DNA of 33,913 nt from a bacterium (GCA_030428825.1 JAUIEL010000002.1:1-33913), one strand, 5' to 3'; shown: positions 14,777 through 23,581, numbered from the stretch's first letter. The notes: generated by a model not told the origin, from the sequence alone. A program made the numbers and translations.

Positions 14777-15058
14777 TCAGCGGGCGACGGTGACGCCTCG
14801 CCAGAACGCGACCCGCCCCTTGATCGACTCGGCCGCCGGCTTCGGGTCGGGGTAGCACCACGCCGCGTCCTCGTTCGTCTCCCCGTCGACGACCACGTGC
14901 ATGTACGTCGCCTCCCCCTTCCACGGGCAGACCGACTTCATGTCGCTCGGTCGGAAGAAGTCGTCGTGGAGCGACTCGCGAGGGAAGTAGTGGTTCCCGT
15001 CGACGACGACGGTGTCGTCGCTCTCGGCGATCGTCTTTCCGTTCCAGACGGCCTTCAT
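14777..15058 (-). CDS. DUF427 domain protein
   Basis: I chose the internal ATG at 15058 (GGGAGAAGG upstream). MKAVWNGKTIAESDDTVVVDGNHYFPRESL..CPWKGEATYMHVVVDGETNEDAAWCYPDPKPAAESIKGRVAFWRGV matches the DUF427 consensus over its full length. Confidence 0.85.
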   Translation of the reverse strand: MKAVWNGKTIAESDDTVVVDGNHYFPRESLHDDFFRPSDMKSVCPWKGEATYMHVVVDGETNEDAAWCYPDPKPAAESIKGRVAFWRGVTVAR

Positions 15059-15107
15059 GCCTTCTCCCGCGCGCTCGAGGTCTCCGGCCATCGTATACGC
15101 TTCGACC

Positions 15108-17465
15108 ATGGGACCAGGATGCGCCTTCGCTCTCGCGATCGTCTTCTTTCACGACGGGCACGCGCCGTCCGCGATGCCCGTCGGTCCGTTCGCGTACGAC
15201 GACGCGACCGTCGTCGAGGCGGAGCGGATCGAGGGGCCCGGGGCGTACGACCCATCGGTCGGCAGCCGTCCCGGAGACACGCGCGTGACGTGGCTCGACT
15301 TCGTGCCGGGGAAGGGAGACACGAGGGACGGGGCGCCGCCGGACATCGGAGTCTCACGTCTCGCGAGGCCGACCCTCACGATCGGGCCGAAGGGGCTCCT
15401 CCGGACGCGGGAGGAGCACCGGAACGGCGGTTGGGAGGTCGTCACCTCCGTCGGAGCGCCGCTCTCGGTATCGGGCGGCGCGATCGACCACCGCGCGGCC
15501 GGGGGCCCGGACGGGTTCTGGGTCGTCTGGCAGGAGGTCGCCGACGGCGACTTCGACGTCCGGGCCCGGTTCGTGGGGATCGGGGGCGGGCCGGGCGCGC
15601 GCCACCCGCTCGCGGAGGCGGCGAACCCGTCGTTCCGCGCGCCGCCGTGGGACGAGCCGGAGCGCGTCGCCGACACGCCGTACGGCGAGTGGCACCCCGA
15701 CGTCGCGGTCGCCCCGGACGGGCGGGTGCTCGCGGTCTGGGACGCGTCCGACGGGTCGAGCTTCGACGTGCGGGGACGGATCCGGTCCGCCGACGGATGG
15801 GGGGCGCCGTTCGTCCTCGCCGACGGGCCGCGATTCCAGGCCCGGCCGACGTGCGCGGCGCTCCCGGACGGCCGGTTCTTCGTGGCGTGGGAGGAGGGGG
15901 CCGAGGGGTGGGGCGAGGCGTACCGCTCGGTCGACACGCTCTGGAACAACGTGACCGACGCGTACGGCCCGGTCCACAGCTTCCGTCTGACCCGTTGCGG
16001 GCTCATCGAGGCGGACGGGACGTGGCGGGAGGTCGACTACCCGATGCCGTCGCTCGAGCGGGCGCGCGCGCGCTCGGACGCGCGCGAGGGGGCGCGGACG
16101 CTCGGCGTCTTCTACGAGCGTCCGGAGGTCGCGGTCGACGACGCGGGGCGGCCGTGGGTCGTGGTGCGACACCTCTTCGCGCCGCAGCTGGCGCGCCCCG
16201 AGGCGTGCCGCCACCACGTCGAGGAGGGGTGGCGGATCGTCGCGCGCTGCTTCACCGACGACGGCTGGTCGGAGGCGTTCGCGTTCGACGTGCCGCAGCG
16301 GGACGGGAACCAGCGCCTCTCGGTCGACGGGACCGCGCGCGGCGTCGTCGCGGTCTGGGGGACCGGCCGGAGCGATCGTCGCGACGATCCGCTCCCGCGC
16401 GGGGTGGTGCGCGGCGAGGTGGCGGTCGGCGAGGGGGCGCCGCCGCGCCCGACGTCCGGGGTCGCGCTCCGTCCGGTCGCCGCCGGCCGCGGCGCGCCGG
16501 ACCGGTCCCGTCCCGCGGTCGCGCTCGAGGGCGGCCCGGAGATGACGCTCGTCTTCGGCGACCTGCACCGGCACACCGACCTGTCGCTCTGCTTCCCGTT
16601 CTACGACGGGTCGCTCGACGACGCGTACCGGTACGCGATCGAGGTCGCGCGGCTCGACTTCCTGGCGATCACCGACCACACTCGCGACCTCGATCACGGC
16701 GACGCGCTCGGGCTCCTGTGGCACCGCGCGAAGAAGGAGGTGACGCGGCGCGAGCTCACCGGAGTCTTCGTCCCGTACTTCGCGTTCGAGCGGAGCCACG
16801 GAGACACCGACCACAACGTCGTGACGCTCGACCCGAGCGTGCTCGAGGACTTCCCGCCGCCGCTGCCGGAGTACTGGCGTCGGATCGGGAACGACACGAT
16901 CACGATCCCGCACCAGCCGTTCGTGGGGGAGGTGTGGGCGCATCACGACGACGTGAAGCGCCCGCTGTTGGAGATCTACCAGGGGTTCCGCGACCGGGAC
17001 GCCGAGGCGGCCGCCGCGGCCGGGCTCGCGAGGGGGTACCGCTTCGGGTTCGTCGCCAGCAGCGACCACCTCTCGACGCGCGCGAGCTGGGCCGGTGTCT
17101 GGACGACCCGAGTCGACCGCGAGTCGATCTTCCGCGCGATGCAGTCGCGCCGGACGTTCGCCGCGACGACGCGCGCGACGCTCGTGCTTCGGAGCGGTCC
17201 GCACTGGATGGGGGAGCGGTTCGTCGCCTCCGCGCCGCCGACGTTCGAGGCGCGCTACGCCGGGACGGCGCGGGTGGAGGCGATCACCTGGGTCGTCGAC
17301 GGCGAGGAGCACCGCCGCGAGATGCCGCCGTCGCTCGACTCCCGCGAGTGGACGTACACGCCGGGCGACGTCACCGCGCCCGGCGAGCACCGCGTCCACG
17401 TCCGGATCGAACAGGGCGACGGCCACCGAGCGTGGTCGTCGCCCCTCTGGTACACGCTCCGCTGA
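15108..17465 (+). CDS. PHP/DUF3604-like metallohydrolase with an N-terminal repeat (propeller-like) region
   Basis: The C-terminal half has GDLHRHTDLS..LDFLAITDHT..ERSHGDTDHNV..ASSDH, a PHP-type histidine-rich metal site. The N-terminal half has repeated blades such as DGFWVVWQEVADGDFDVRAR, DGRVLAVWDASDGSSFDVRGR and DGRFFVAWEEGAEGWG. The start is uncertain: there is no SD, and TATACG lies 8 nt upstream of the ATG at 15108. Confidence 0.7.
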   Translation: MGPGCAFALAIVFFHDGHAPSAMPVGPFAYDDATVVEAERIEGPGAYDPSVGSRPGDTRVTWLDFVPGKGDTRDGAPPDIGVSRLARPTLTIGPKGLLRTREEHRNGGWEVVTSVGAPLSVSGGAIDHRAAGGPDGFWVVWQEVADGDFDVRARFVGIGGGPGARHPLAEAANPSFRAPPWDEPERVADTPYGEWHPDVAVAPDGRVLAVWDASDGSSFDVRGRIRSADGWGAPFVLADGPRFQARPTCAALPDGRFFVAWEEGAEGWGEAYRSVDTLWNNVTDAYGPVHSFRLTRCGLIEADGTWREVDYPMPSLERARARSDAREGARTLGVFYERPEVAVDDAGRPWVVVRHLFAPQLARPEACRHHVEEGWRIVARCFTDDGWSEAFAFDVPQRDGNQRLSVDGTARGVVAVWGTGRSDRRDDPLPRGVVRGEVAVGEGAPPRPTSGVALRPVAAGRGAPDRSRPAVALEGGPEMTLVFGDLHRHTDLSLCFPFYDGSLDDAYRYAIEVARLDFLAITDHTRDLDHGDALGLLWHRAKKEVTRRELTGVFVPYFAFERSHGDTDHNVVTLDPSVLEDFPPPLPEYWRRIGNDTITIPHQPFVGEVWAHHDDVKRPLLEIYQGFRDRDAEAAAAAGLARGYRFGFVASSDHLSTRASWAGVWTTRVDRESIFRAMQSRRTFAATTRATLVLRSGPHWMGERFVASAPPTFEARYAGTARVEAITWVVDGEEHRREMPPSLDSREWTYTPGDVTAPGEHRVHVRIEQGDGHRAWSSPLWYTLR

Positions 17466-17474
17466 GACGCGTCC

Positions 17475-18386
17475 CTACTGCACGGACATCCAGAGCGCGT
17501 TCGTCGACGCGACGCCGTCGGCCGCGCCGGGGTCCCCGACGAGGGCCTGCAGGTAGAGGTTGAACGGGACCGGCGTGTCGTTCGGGAGCGTGGCGCCGAA
17601 CGAGAGCGATCCGCTCCCCGGCACCGTGAACGGCACCGCGACCGGGAGGAGCGGCGCGACCTGCAGGAGGCAGGACGGCGTGATCGCCGCGACCTGGTTC
17701 GAGCTTCCGAGCAGGAGGATCGCCGGCGCGCCGGGGAGCATCTGCGTCATGTCGATGGTGATCGCCGACAGCGGCTTGGGGCAGCCGGTGCCGTCGATCG
17801 CCGGCGCCACGCCGCCCGTCCCCGGGCACGCGGAGCCGTACGTCTGGAACCCGCCCGCGCACGCGTTGCAGTAGAGGCGGAACTTCCAGTTCGAGGAGGG
17901 GAACGAGAACGGTCCGTTCCAGGTCTGGCCGCCGTCGAACGAGCCGCGGTACTGCTGGCCGGGGGTCGCGAGCGCCTCGACCGAGGCCTGCGAGCCGTTG
18001 ATGGGGCTCCAGACCATCCAGTAGGTCGTGCCGGCGTTCAGCGGGATCGGCGTGCCGAGGTCGGCGCCCTGCCAGGAGTTCGTCGAGGACATGTTCCACG
18101 AGGCGGAGCCGAGGCTCGCGAGCGGCTCGTTCGGGCCGGCGTCGTGGGACCAGAGGGGGACGGAGTTCGTCCCGCTCCCCTCGCCGGTGAAGACCTCGAT
18201 GCGCGTGCACGCGATCGGGGCCGAAGGGGTGAACTTCACCGCCAGCATCAGGTTCGGTCCGCCCATCGACGTGCCGTCCGAGAAGTTCGGCGTGTCGTTC
18301 TCGGCGTGACAGATCTGCGCGCCCGCCTCGACGGACAGGAGCGCCGCGAACACCGCGGACAGGAGCGAGAGAGACGTCTTCGACAT
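17475..18386 (-). CDS. secreted protein: DUF4082-like N-domain plus the C-terminal domain shared with 10952..11887
   Basis: The internal ATG at 18386 is preceded by GGAGGA. Signal peptide MSKTSLSLLSAVFAALLSVEAGA. The N-domain LMLAVKFTPSAPIACTRIEVFTG..VPLWSHD..WQGADLGTPIPLNAGTTYWMVWSP resembles DUF4082 from memory. See the findings for the C-domain. Confidence 0.75.
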   Translation of the reverse strand: MSKTSLSLLSAVFAALLSVEAGAQICHAENDTPNFSDGTSMGGPNLMLAVKFTPSAPIACTRIEVFTGEGSGTNSVPLWSHDAGPNEPLASLGSASWNMSSTNSWQGADLGTPIPLNAGTTYWMVWSPINGSQASVEALATPGQQYRGSFDGGQTWNGPFSFPSSNWKFRLYCNACAGGFQTYGSACPGTGGVAPAIDGTGCPKPLSAITIDMTQMLPGAPAILLLGSSNQVAAITPSCLLQVAPLLPVAVPFTVPGSGSLSFGATLPNDTPVPFNLYLQALVGDPGAADGVASTNALWMSVQ

Positions 18387-18450
18387 GAGATCCTCCAATG
18401 GGGTGTCCGAGTCTACCATCGGGATGGAACCGAGCGGGAAATCGTCCGCG

Positions 18451-18765
18451 CTACTCGAGCCCGTCGATCAGGTCGGCGAGCCCGCGCACGTGGCGCCGCA
18501 CCGCCGAGCGCCCGGCCCGGGAGAGGGTGTACCAGGTGATCGGCTTGCGGTCCTCGAACCGCTTGTCGGCCGTGACGTACCCCTCGTCCTCGAGCTTCCT
18601 CAGGTGAGCGCCGAGGCTCCCGTCGGTCTCGCCGAGCAGATCCTTCAGCCGGCGGAAGCTCATCCTCCGATGGCGAGCGAGGAGGACCGTGATCGCGAGC
18701 CGCACCCGGTGATCGAGGAGGCGGTCGAGGGCCTCGAGCCCGTCCAGGCCGTCAGCCTCGGACAT
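18451..18765 (-). CDS. winged-helix transcriptional regulator (HTH_34-like)
   Basis: LDRLLDHRVRLAITVLLARHRRMSFRRLKDLLGETDGSLGAHLRKLEDEGYVTADKRFEDRKPITWYTLSRAG is the typical pattern of this small wHTH family. GGGGAGGG lies upstream. The start overlaps the end of the upstream membrane-protein gene by 14 nt. Confidence 0.8.
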   Translation of the reverse strand: MSEADGLDGLEALDRLLDHRVRLAITVLLARHRRMSFRRLKDLLGETDGSLGAHLRKLEDEGYVTADKRFEDRKPITWYTLSRAGRSAVRRHVRGLADLIDGLE

Positions 18766-19324
18766 GCTCGCCCTCCCCGTCGCGCGGCCGGCTCGCCACG
18801 ACGCCCGCGCACGCCAGTCCGAACGCGACCAGCCCCGCCACCAGGGTCCAGCTGTCGCGGGAGAGGAGGACGAAGACGCCGGCGACCATGAGCGCTCCGG
18901 GGAGGAGCAGCAGGCGGTCGAGGTGCAGACCCGCGAGGAGGTAGGTGACCCCCACGAGCAGGAGCGACACCGGGCCGACGCCGGCCGGCGCGACGAGACC
19001 TCGGTGCGCCAGCAGGAGGACGATCCCGACCGCGCCGAGGAGGATTCCCCAGTGTGCGAAGTGGCGGAGCCCCTCCCTCCCGTCCAGCTGGCCGACCCTC
19101 CGGGAGTGACGGTAGCCGAGGACGAGGCTGACGAGCCAGCCGGTCGGCCCGGCGATCGACCAGAAGAGCGGGACGTGCCGCGGGGAGTGGTCCGGCAGCG
19201 CGATCCCGACGAGGCAGATCGCGGCCCAGAGCCAGTAGATCGTCGCCGGTCCGGCGGGGGCGGGTCGGTCGACGGCGCGGCGGACGAAGGAGAGGTCCTC
19301 GTGCAGGCGTTCGGCGTCGGTCAT
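18752..19324 (-). CDS. hypothetical polytopic membrane protein (about 5-6 TM), co-transcribed with the wHTH regulator
   Basis: I chose the internal ATG at 19324 (AGAGGGA upstream). Hydrophobic helices: [90 protein letters not shown]. Confidence 0.7.
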   Translation of the reverse strand: MTDAERLHEDLSFVRRAVDRPAPAGPATIYWLWAAICLVGIALPDHSPRHVPLFWSIAGPTGWLVSLVLGYRHSRRVGQLDGREGLRHFAHWGILLGAVGIVLLLAHRGLVAPAGVGPVSLLLVGVTYLLAGLHLDRLLLLPGALMVAGVFVLLSRDSWTLVAGLVAFGLACAGVVASRPRDGEGEHVRG

Positions 19325-19349
19325 CGGTCCCTCTTGTGGTTCCTTGCGA

Positions 19350-19370
19350 GTACTCTGAAACCCAGAGTAC
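19350..19370. promoter_or_regulatory. candidate operator: perfect 8-nt inverted repeat in a divergent intergenic region
   Basis: GTACTCTG-AAACC-CAGAGTAC. It sits in a locally AT-richer stretch of the 170-bp spacer between the divergent starts at 19324(-) and 19495(+). Confidence 0.45.
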
Positions 19371-19494
19371 ACGGAAATCGCGAGGCGCGCCAGCCCCTTC
19401 CCGCTCGGGGCGCGGCCCGAGGCGGGACGGGTGGCGAGCAATCTCCTCGGGCGGCGCTCCCGTCGAGCGCGCGCGCCCGCTACCCTCGCGCCTG

Positions 19495-20226
19495 ATGATC
19501 TCCGTCCACCCGCGCCTCCGGCCGCTCCTCGACAGCGCCCGGGACCTCACGCCGATCGTGATCGTGGTGGCGTTCTTCCAGCTCGTCGTCCTGCGCCAAC
19601 CGTTCCCGAACCTCGGCGGCGTGCTCCTCGGGCTCGTCTTCGTCCTCGCGGGACTGGCGCTGTTCGTGCAGGGGCTCGAGCTCGGCCTCTTCCCGCTCGG
19701 CGAGAGCATGGCGCACGCGTTCGCGCGGAAGGGCTCGATCGGCTGGCTGATCGCGTTCGCGTTCGCGCTCGGCTTCGGGACGACCGCGGCCGAGCCGGCG
19801 CTGATCGCGATCGCCGACGAGGCGGCGGCGGTCGCGGCGCACGACGGGGTCGTGGAGGACGACGACGCGGCGCGCGGTCGCTACGCGCTCGGCCTCCGGC
19901 TGACCGTGGCGCTCTCGGTCGGGGCGGCGATCGTCCTCGGGGTCTGGCGGATCCTCAAGGGATGGCCGCTGCACCTCATGATCGCCGGAGGATACGTCGT
20001 CGTCGTGTCGCTGACCGCGTTCGCGCCGCCGGAGATCATCGGCGTCGCCTACGACTCGGGCGGCGTGACGACCTCGACCATCACGGTCCCGCTGGTCACC
20101 GCGCTCGGCGTCGGCCTGTCGTCCTCGATCAAGGGGAGGAACCCGATCATCGACGGGTTCGGCCTCATCGCGCTCGCCTCGCTGACCCCGATGGCGTTCG
20201 TGATGATCTACGGGATGGTCGCCTGA
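19495..20226 (+). CDS. DUF1538-family integral membrane protein (paralogue 1)
   Basis: This is the real part of ORF 19336..20226. The N-terminus parallels paralogue 2. Motifs: [70 protein letters not shown]. There is no obvious SD before the ATG at 19495. Confidence 0.85.
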   Translation: MISVHPRLRPLLDSARDLTPIVIVVAFFQLVVLRQPFPNLGGVLLGLVFVLAGLALFVQGLELGLFPLGESMAHAFARKGSIGWLIAFAFALGFGTTAAEPALIAIADEAAAVAAHDGVVEDDDAARGRYALGLRLTVALSVGAAIVLGVWRILKGWPLHLMIAGGYVVVVSLTAFAPPEIIGVAYDSGGVTTSTITVPLVTALGVGLSSSIKGRNPIIDGFGLIALASLTPMAFVMIYGMVA

Positions 20227-21032
20227 TGCCGTCGCTCGCCGAGCTGGTCTCCGTGTTCCTGACGACGACGCGCGACGTGTTGCCGATCGCGGTGATCCTC
20301 ACGGTGTTCCAGGCGTTCGTGCTCCGCCGGGCGCCGCCCGACCCGCGCCGGCTGCTCTTCGGGTTCGCGTGCGTCCTCGCCGGGCTCGCGCTCTTCCTCC
20401 TCGGCCTGGAACACGCCCTCTTCCCGCTCGGCAAGACGATGGCGGCGCAGCTCACCGAGCGCGCGCTCGCGGCGGAGGGCGCGGCGGACCCGCGCGACTT
20501 CGGCTGGCTGTACGCGTTCGCGTTCGCGATCGGCTTCGCCACCACGGTCGCCGAGCCGTCGCTCATCGCCGTCGCGCTCAAGGCGAACGAACTGTCCGGC
20601 GGCGCGATCGGGGTCTTCGGACTCCGCGTCGCGGTGGCGCTCGGCGTGGCGGTCGGCATCACGCTCGGCGTGTTCCGGATCGTGGTCGGGGCCCCGCTCC
20701 ATCACTTCATCATCGTCGGGTACGTTGTCGTGGTGGTGCAGACGTTCTTCGCTCCCCGGCTCATCGTGCCGCTCGCGTACGACTCGGGCGGCGTGACGAC
20801 CTCCACGGTCAGCGTGCCGCTGATCGCCGCGCTCGGGCTCGGCCTCGCGATGTCGGTCCCGGGGCGCAGCCCGCTCGTCGACGGGTTCGGGCTGATCGCC
20901 TTCGCCAGCCTCTTCCCGATCATGTCCGTGATGGCGTACGCGCAGATCGCCGAGTGGCGGTCCCGGCGCGTCGGCCGCGCGGACGAACCCGGCCCCGAGG
21001 AGGCGCCCGGAACCCCCGGAGGATCCCCATGA
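20226..21032 (+). CDS. DUF1538-family integral membrane protein (paralogue 2)
   Basis: The ATG shares one base with the upstream TGA (TGATG at 20224-20228). Motifs: [70 protein letters not shown]. Confidence 0.85.
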   Translation: MPSLAELVSVFLTTTRDVLPIAVILTVFQAFVLRRAPPDPRRLLFGFACVLAGLALFLLGLEHALFPLGKTMAAQLTERALAAEGAADPRDFGWLYAFAFAIGFATTVAEPSLIAVALKANELSGGAIGVFGLRVAVALGVAVGITLGVFRIVVGAPLHHFIIVGYVVVVVQTFFAPRLIVPLAYDSGGVTTSTVSVPLIAALGLGLAMSVPGRSPLVDGFGLIAFASLFPIMSVMAYAQIAEWRSRRVGRADEPGPEEAPGTPGGSP

Positions 21033-21382
21033 GGTTCAAGTTGATCGTGGCGTTCGTGGACGACCACGCCACGGACCGCATCACGCAGGCGGCGCGCGAG
21101 GCCGGGGCGACCGGCTGCACCGTCGTCCACAACGCGCGCGGCGAGGGGCTCGAGGAGAAGAAGACGTTCCTCGGGCTGACGCTGGACACGCAGCGCGACG
21201 TCGTGCTCCTCCTGGTCGAGGAGCACCGGGCCCGCCACGTCCTGGAGACGCTCGGCGAGGCCGGCGAGTTCGACACGACCTCGGGGACGGGCATCGCGTT
21301 CCAGGTCGACGTCGAGGACGCCGTCGGCGTCGCGCATCAAGTCGAGAGCATCACCCCGGCCCTGGAGGACGAGGAGCTGTGA
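21029..21382 (+). CDS. P-II (GlnB-like) superfamily signal protein
   Basis: ATGA overlap with the upstream stop. 117 aa. MRFKLIVAFVDDHATDRITQAAREAGATGCTVVHNARGEG..(short T-loop)..RDVVLLLVEEHRARHVLETLGEAG..GTGIAFQVDVEDAVGV fits the beta-alpha-beta-beta-alpha-beta P-II layout. Confidence 0.8.
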   Translation: MRFKLIVAFVDDHATDRITQAAREAGATGCTVVHNARGEGLEEKKTFLGLTLDTQRDVVLLLVEEHRARHVLETLGEAGEFDTTSGTGIAFQVDVEDAVGVAHQVESITPALEDEEL

Positions 21383-21786
21383 GCGAGTCGAAATCGATCG
21401 TGCGGGTCGCCGACGTCATGGGGCGCGAGTTCGAGACCGTCGAGGGGGTGACGACCGTCGCGGCCGCGCTGCGCGTGATGAAGGAGAAGGACGCCCACTT
21501 CCTGATCGTCGCCAAGCGGAGCGACGACGACGAGTACGGGATCGTCCTGGTCTCCGACATCGCCAAGCAGGTCCTGGCGCGGAACCGCTCGCCCGAGCGG
21601 ACGAACGTCTACGAGATCATGTCGAAGCCGGTGCTGTCGGTCCGGCCGTCGATGGACATCCGGTACTGCGCGCGGCTGTTCGAACAGTTCGGCATCTCGA
21701 CGGCGCCCGTCGTCGACCGGAACGAGATCCTCGGCGTCGTCGCGTACGACGAGCTCGTGCTGAAGGGGTTGGCCCGCGACATGTGA
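21379..21786 (+). CDS. tandem CBS-domain protein
   Basis: GTGA overlap with the upstream stop. Two CBS-like units: VADVMGREFETVEGVTTVAAALRVMKEKDAHFLIV and VYEIMSKPVLSVRPSMDIRYCARLFEQFGISTAPVVDRNEILGVVAYDEL. Confidence 0.85.
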   Translation: MSESKSIVRVADVMGREFETVEGVTTVAAALRVMKEKDAHFLIVAKRSDDDEYGIVLVSDIAKQVLARNRSPERTNVYEIMSKPVLSVRPSMDIRYCARLFEQFGISTAPVVDRNEILGVVAYDELVLKGLARDM

Positions 21787-21831
21787 GCCGGGGGGGCCGG
21801 GGACGTACGATCCCCGGCGGAGGGTCCGCCG

Positions 21832-22905
21832 ATGGAAGAGCTCTGGTCGCGGTTCCTGGGCCTCTGGGAGACGCCGCGGACGCAGGCGATGATGATCGTC
21901 GTGGCGTCGATCGTCGCGGCGAAGCTGATCGATTGGGTCACCGCCGCGACGCTCCTCGTCTGGAGCCGCCGCACCCGGTCGCAGCTCGACGACGAGGCGG
22001 TCCGGATCGTCCGCGGCCCGATCGTCCGAACGGTCGTCCTCGCCGGCCTCGCCGTCGCGACCCGGCGGCTCGCCCTCGAGGAGGAGGTCGAGCGGACCAC
22101 GCTCCGGGTGCTCGGCACGCTCGCGGTGCTGATCTGGTCCCGCTTCGCGTGGCGCCTCTTCGACCTCCTGCTGCGGGTCGCGCGCGCCCACGCCGATCGG
22201 TTCCGCCTGGTCGAGGACCGGACCTACCCGCTCTTCTCGAACCTGTCGAAGATCGTCCTGTTCGGCGCGGCGGTCTACGCGGTGATCGTGATCTGGGACA
22301 TCGACGCCACCGGCTGGCTCGCGTCGGCCGGGATCGTCGGCATCGCGCTCGGGTTCGCGGCGAAGGACACGCTCGCCAACCTGTTCGCGGGCGTCTTCGT
22401 CATCGCCGACGCGCCGTACCGGGTCGGCGACTTCATCGTGCTCGGCTCCGGCGAGCGCGGCCAGGTGACGAACATCGGCCTCCGCTCCACCCGGCTGATG
22501 ACGCGCGACGACATCGAGATCACGATCCCGAACGCGGTGATCGCCTCGTCGATGGTCACCAACGAGACCGGCGGACCGCACTCGAAGCGTCGGGTCCGGG
22601 TGAAGGTCTCGGTCGCCTACGGCTCGGACGTCGACCGCGTGCGCGCGGCGCTGCTCGAGGTGGCGGCGGCCGAGCCGTCGGTCTGTCCCGAGCCGACGCC
22701 GCGCGTCCGCTTTCGCGCGTTCGGCGAGTCGGGGCTCGACTTCGAACTCCTGACGTGGATCGACGAGCCGGTGCTGCGCGGCCGGGTCCTCGACGCGCTG
22801 AACACCGCGGTCTACAAGCGGTTCGCCCGGGAGGAGATCGAGATCCCGTACCCGAAGCTCGACCTCTACCTGAAGGAGACGCCGCCGGCCGCGCCGCCCG
22901 CCTGA
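21832..22905 (+). CDS. MscS-family mechanosensitive ion channel
   Basis: TM3/beta-domain signature: GIVGIALGFAAKDTLANLFAGVFVIADAPYRVGDFIVLGSGERGQVTNIGLRSTRLMTRDDIEITIPN. Confidence 0.9.
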   Translation: MEELWSRFLGLWETPRTQAMMIVVASIVAAKLIDWVTAATLLVWSRRTRSQLDDEAVRIVRGPIVRTVVLAGLAVATRRLALEEEVERTTLRVLGTLAVLIWSRFAWRLFDLLLRVARAHADRFRLVEDRTYPLFSNLSKIVLFGAAVYAVIVIWDIDATGWLASAGIVGIALGFAAKDTLANLFAGVFVIADAPYRVGDFIVLGSGERGQVTNIGLRSTRLMTRDDIEITIPNAVIASSMVTNETGGPHSKRRVRVKVSVAYGSDVDRVRAALLEVAAAEPSVCPEPTPRVRFRAFGESGLDFELLTWIDEPVLRGRVLDALNTAVYKRFAREEIEIPYPKLDLYLKETPPAAPPA

Positions 22906-22912
22906 GGCCGAC

Positions 22913-23581
22913 TCACGTCGCGTCGGTCGCGGCGAGGAGTCTCGCGGTCTGCTCGTCTCCCGACTCCCGGGCCAGATCGCGCGCGTCGCGGCCGTCCGCC
23001 GCCTTGCGCGCCGGGTCGGCGCCGCGGGCGAGGAGGGCGCGCACCATGTCGGACCGGCCGTGGAGCGCGGCGGCGTGGAGCGGCGTGAACCCGCCGCCCT
23101 GTTCGACGTCCGGCGTCGCGCCCGCGGCGAGCAGCGCTTCGACCAGCTCGAACGCGCGGCCGGCGACGGCGCTGTGGAGCGGTCGGACGCCGCCGAGGCC
23201 CGGCGCGACCGCCTCGACGTCGGCGCCCGCCGCGAGGAGGATCCGCCCCGCCTCGACCCGGGCGAAGAACGCGGCGAGGTGGAGCGGCGTCGCTCCGTCC
23301 GCGGCCGCCGTGCGGGCGCGTGCCGGGTCCTCCTCGAGGTGGCGGCGGAGCGTCTCGACGTCGCCGATCGCCGCGGCGTCGAACACGTCGAGCGTCGGCG
23401 CCCGATCGAGGAGGAGCGGCAGGAGGTCGTCCCGGCGGTGATAGAGGCAGGTCCGGACCGGCGTGAGCCCGTCCGCGTCCCGCGCCTCCGCGAGCGCGGG
23501 GTCGTCCGCCAGGAGTCGGGCCGCCTCGTCGGCGTCGCCGCGCCTCACGGCGTCGAAGAACGAGGCGGCCGTCGGGGTCAC
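22913..23581 (-). CDS. ankyrin-repeat protein (222 aa)
   Basis: This is the real C-terminal part of ORF 22913..24955(-). The GTG at 23581 overlaps the aminotransferase stop (GTGA). Repeats: DGATPLHLAAFFARVEAGRILLAAGADV, GVRPLHSAVAGRAFELVEALLAAGATPD, GGFTPLHAAALHGRSDMVRALLARGADP. Confidence 0.8.
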   Translation of the reverse strand: MTPTAASFFDAVRRGDADEAARLLADDPALAEARDADGLTPVRTCLYHRRDDLLPLLLDRAPTLDVFDAAAIGDVETLRRHLEEDPARARTAAADGATPLHLAAFFARVEAGRILLAAGADVEAVAPGLGGVRPLHSAVAGRAFELVEALLAAGATPDVEQGGGFTPLHAAALHGRSDMVRALLARGADPARKAADGRDARDLARESGDEQTARLLAATDAT

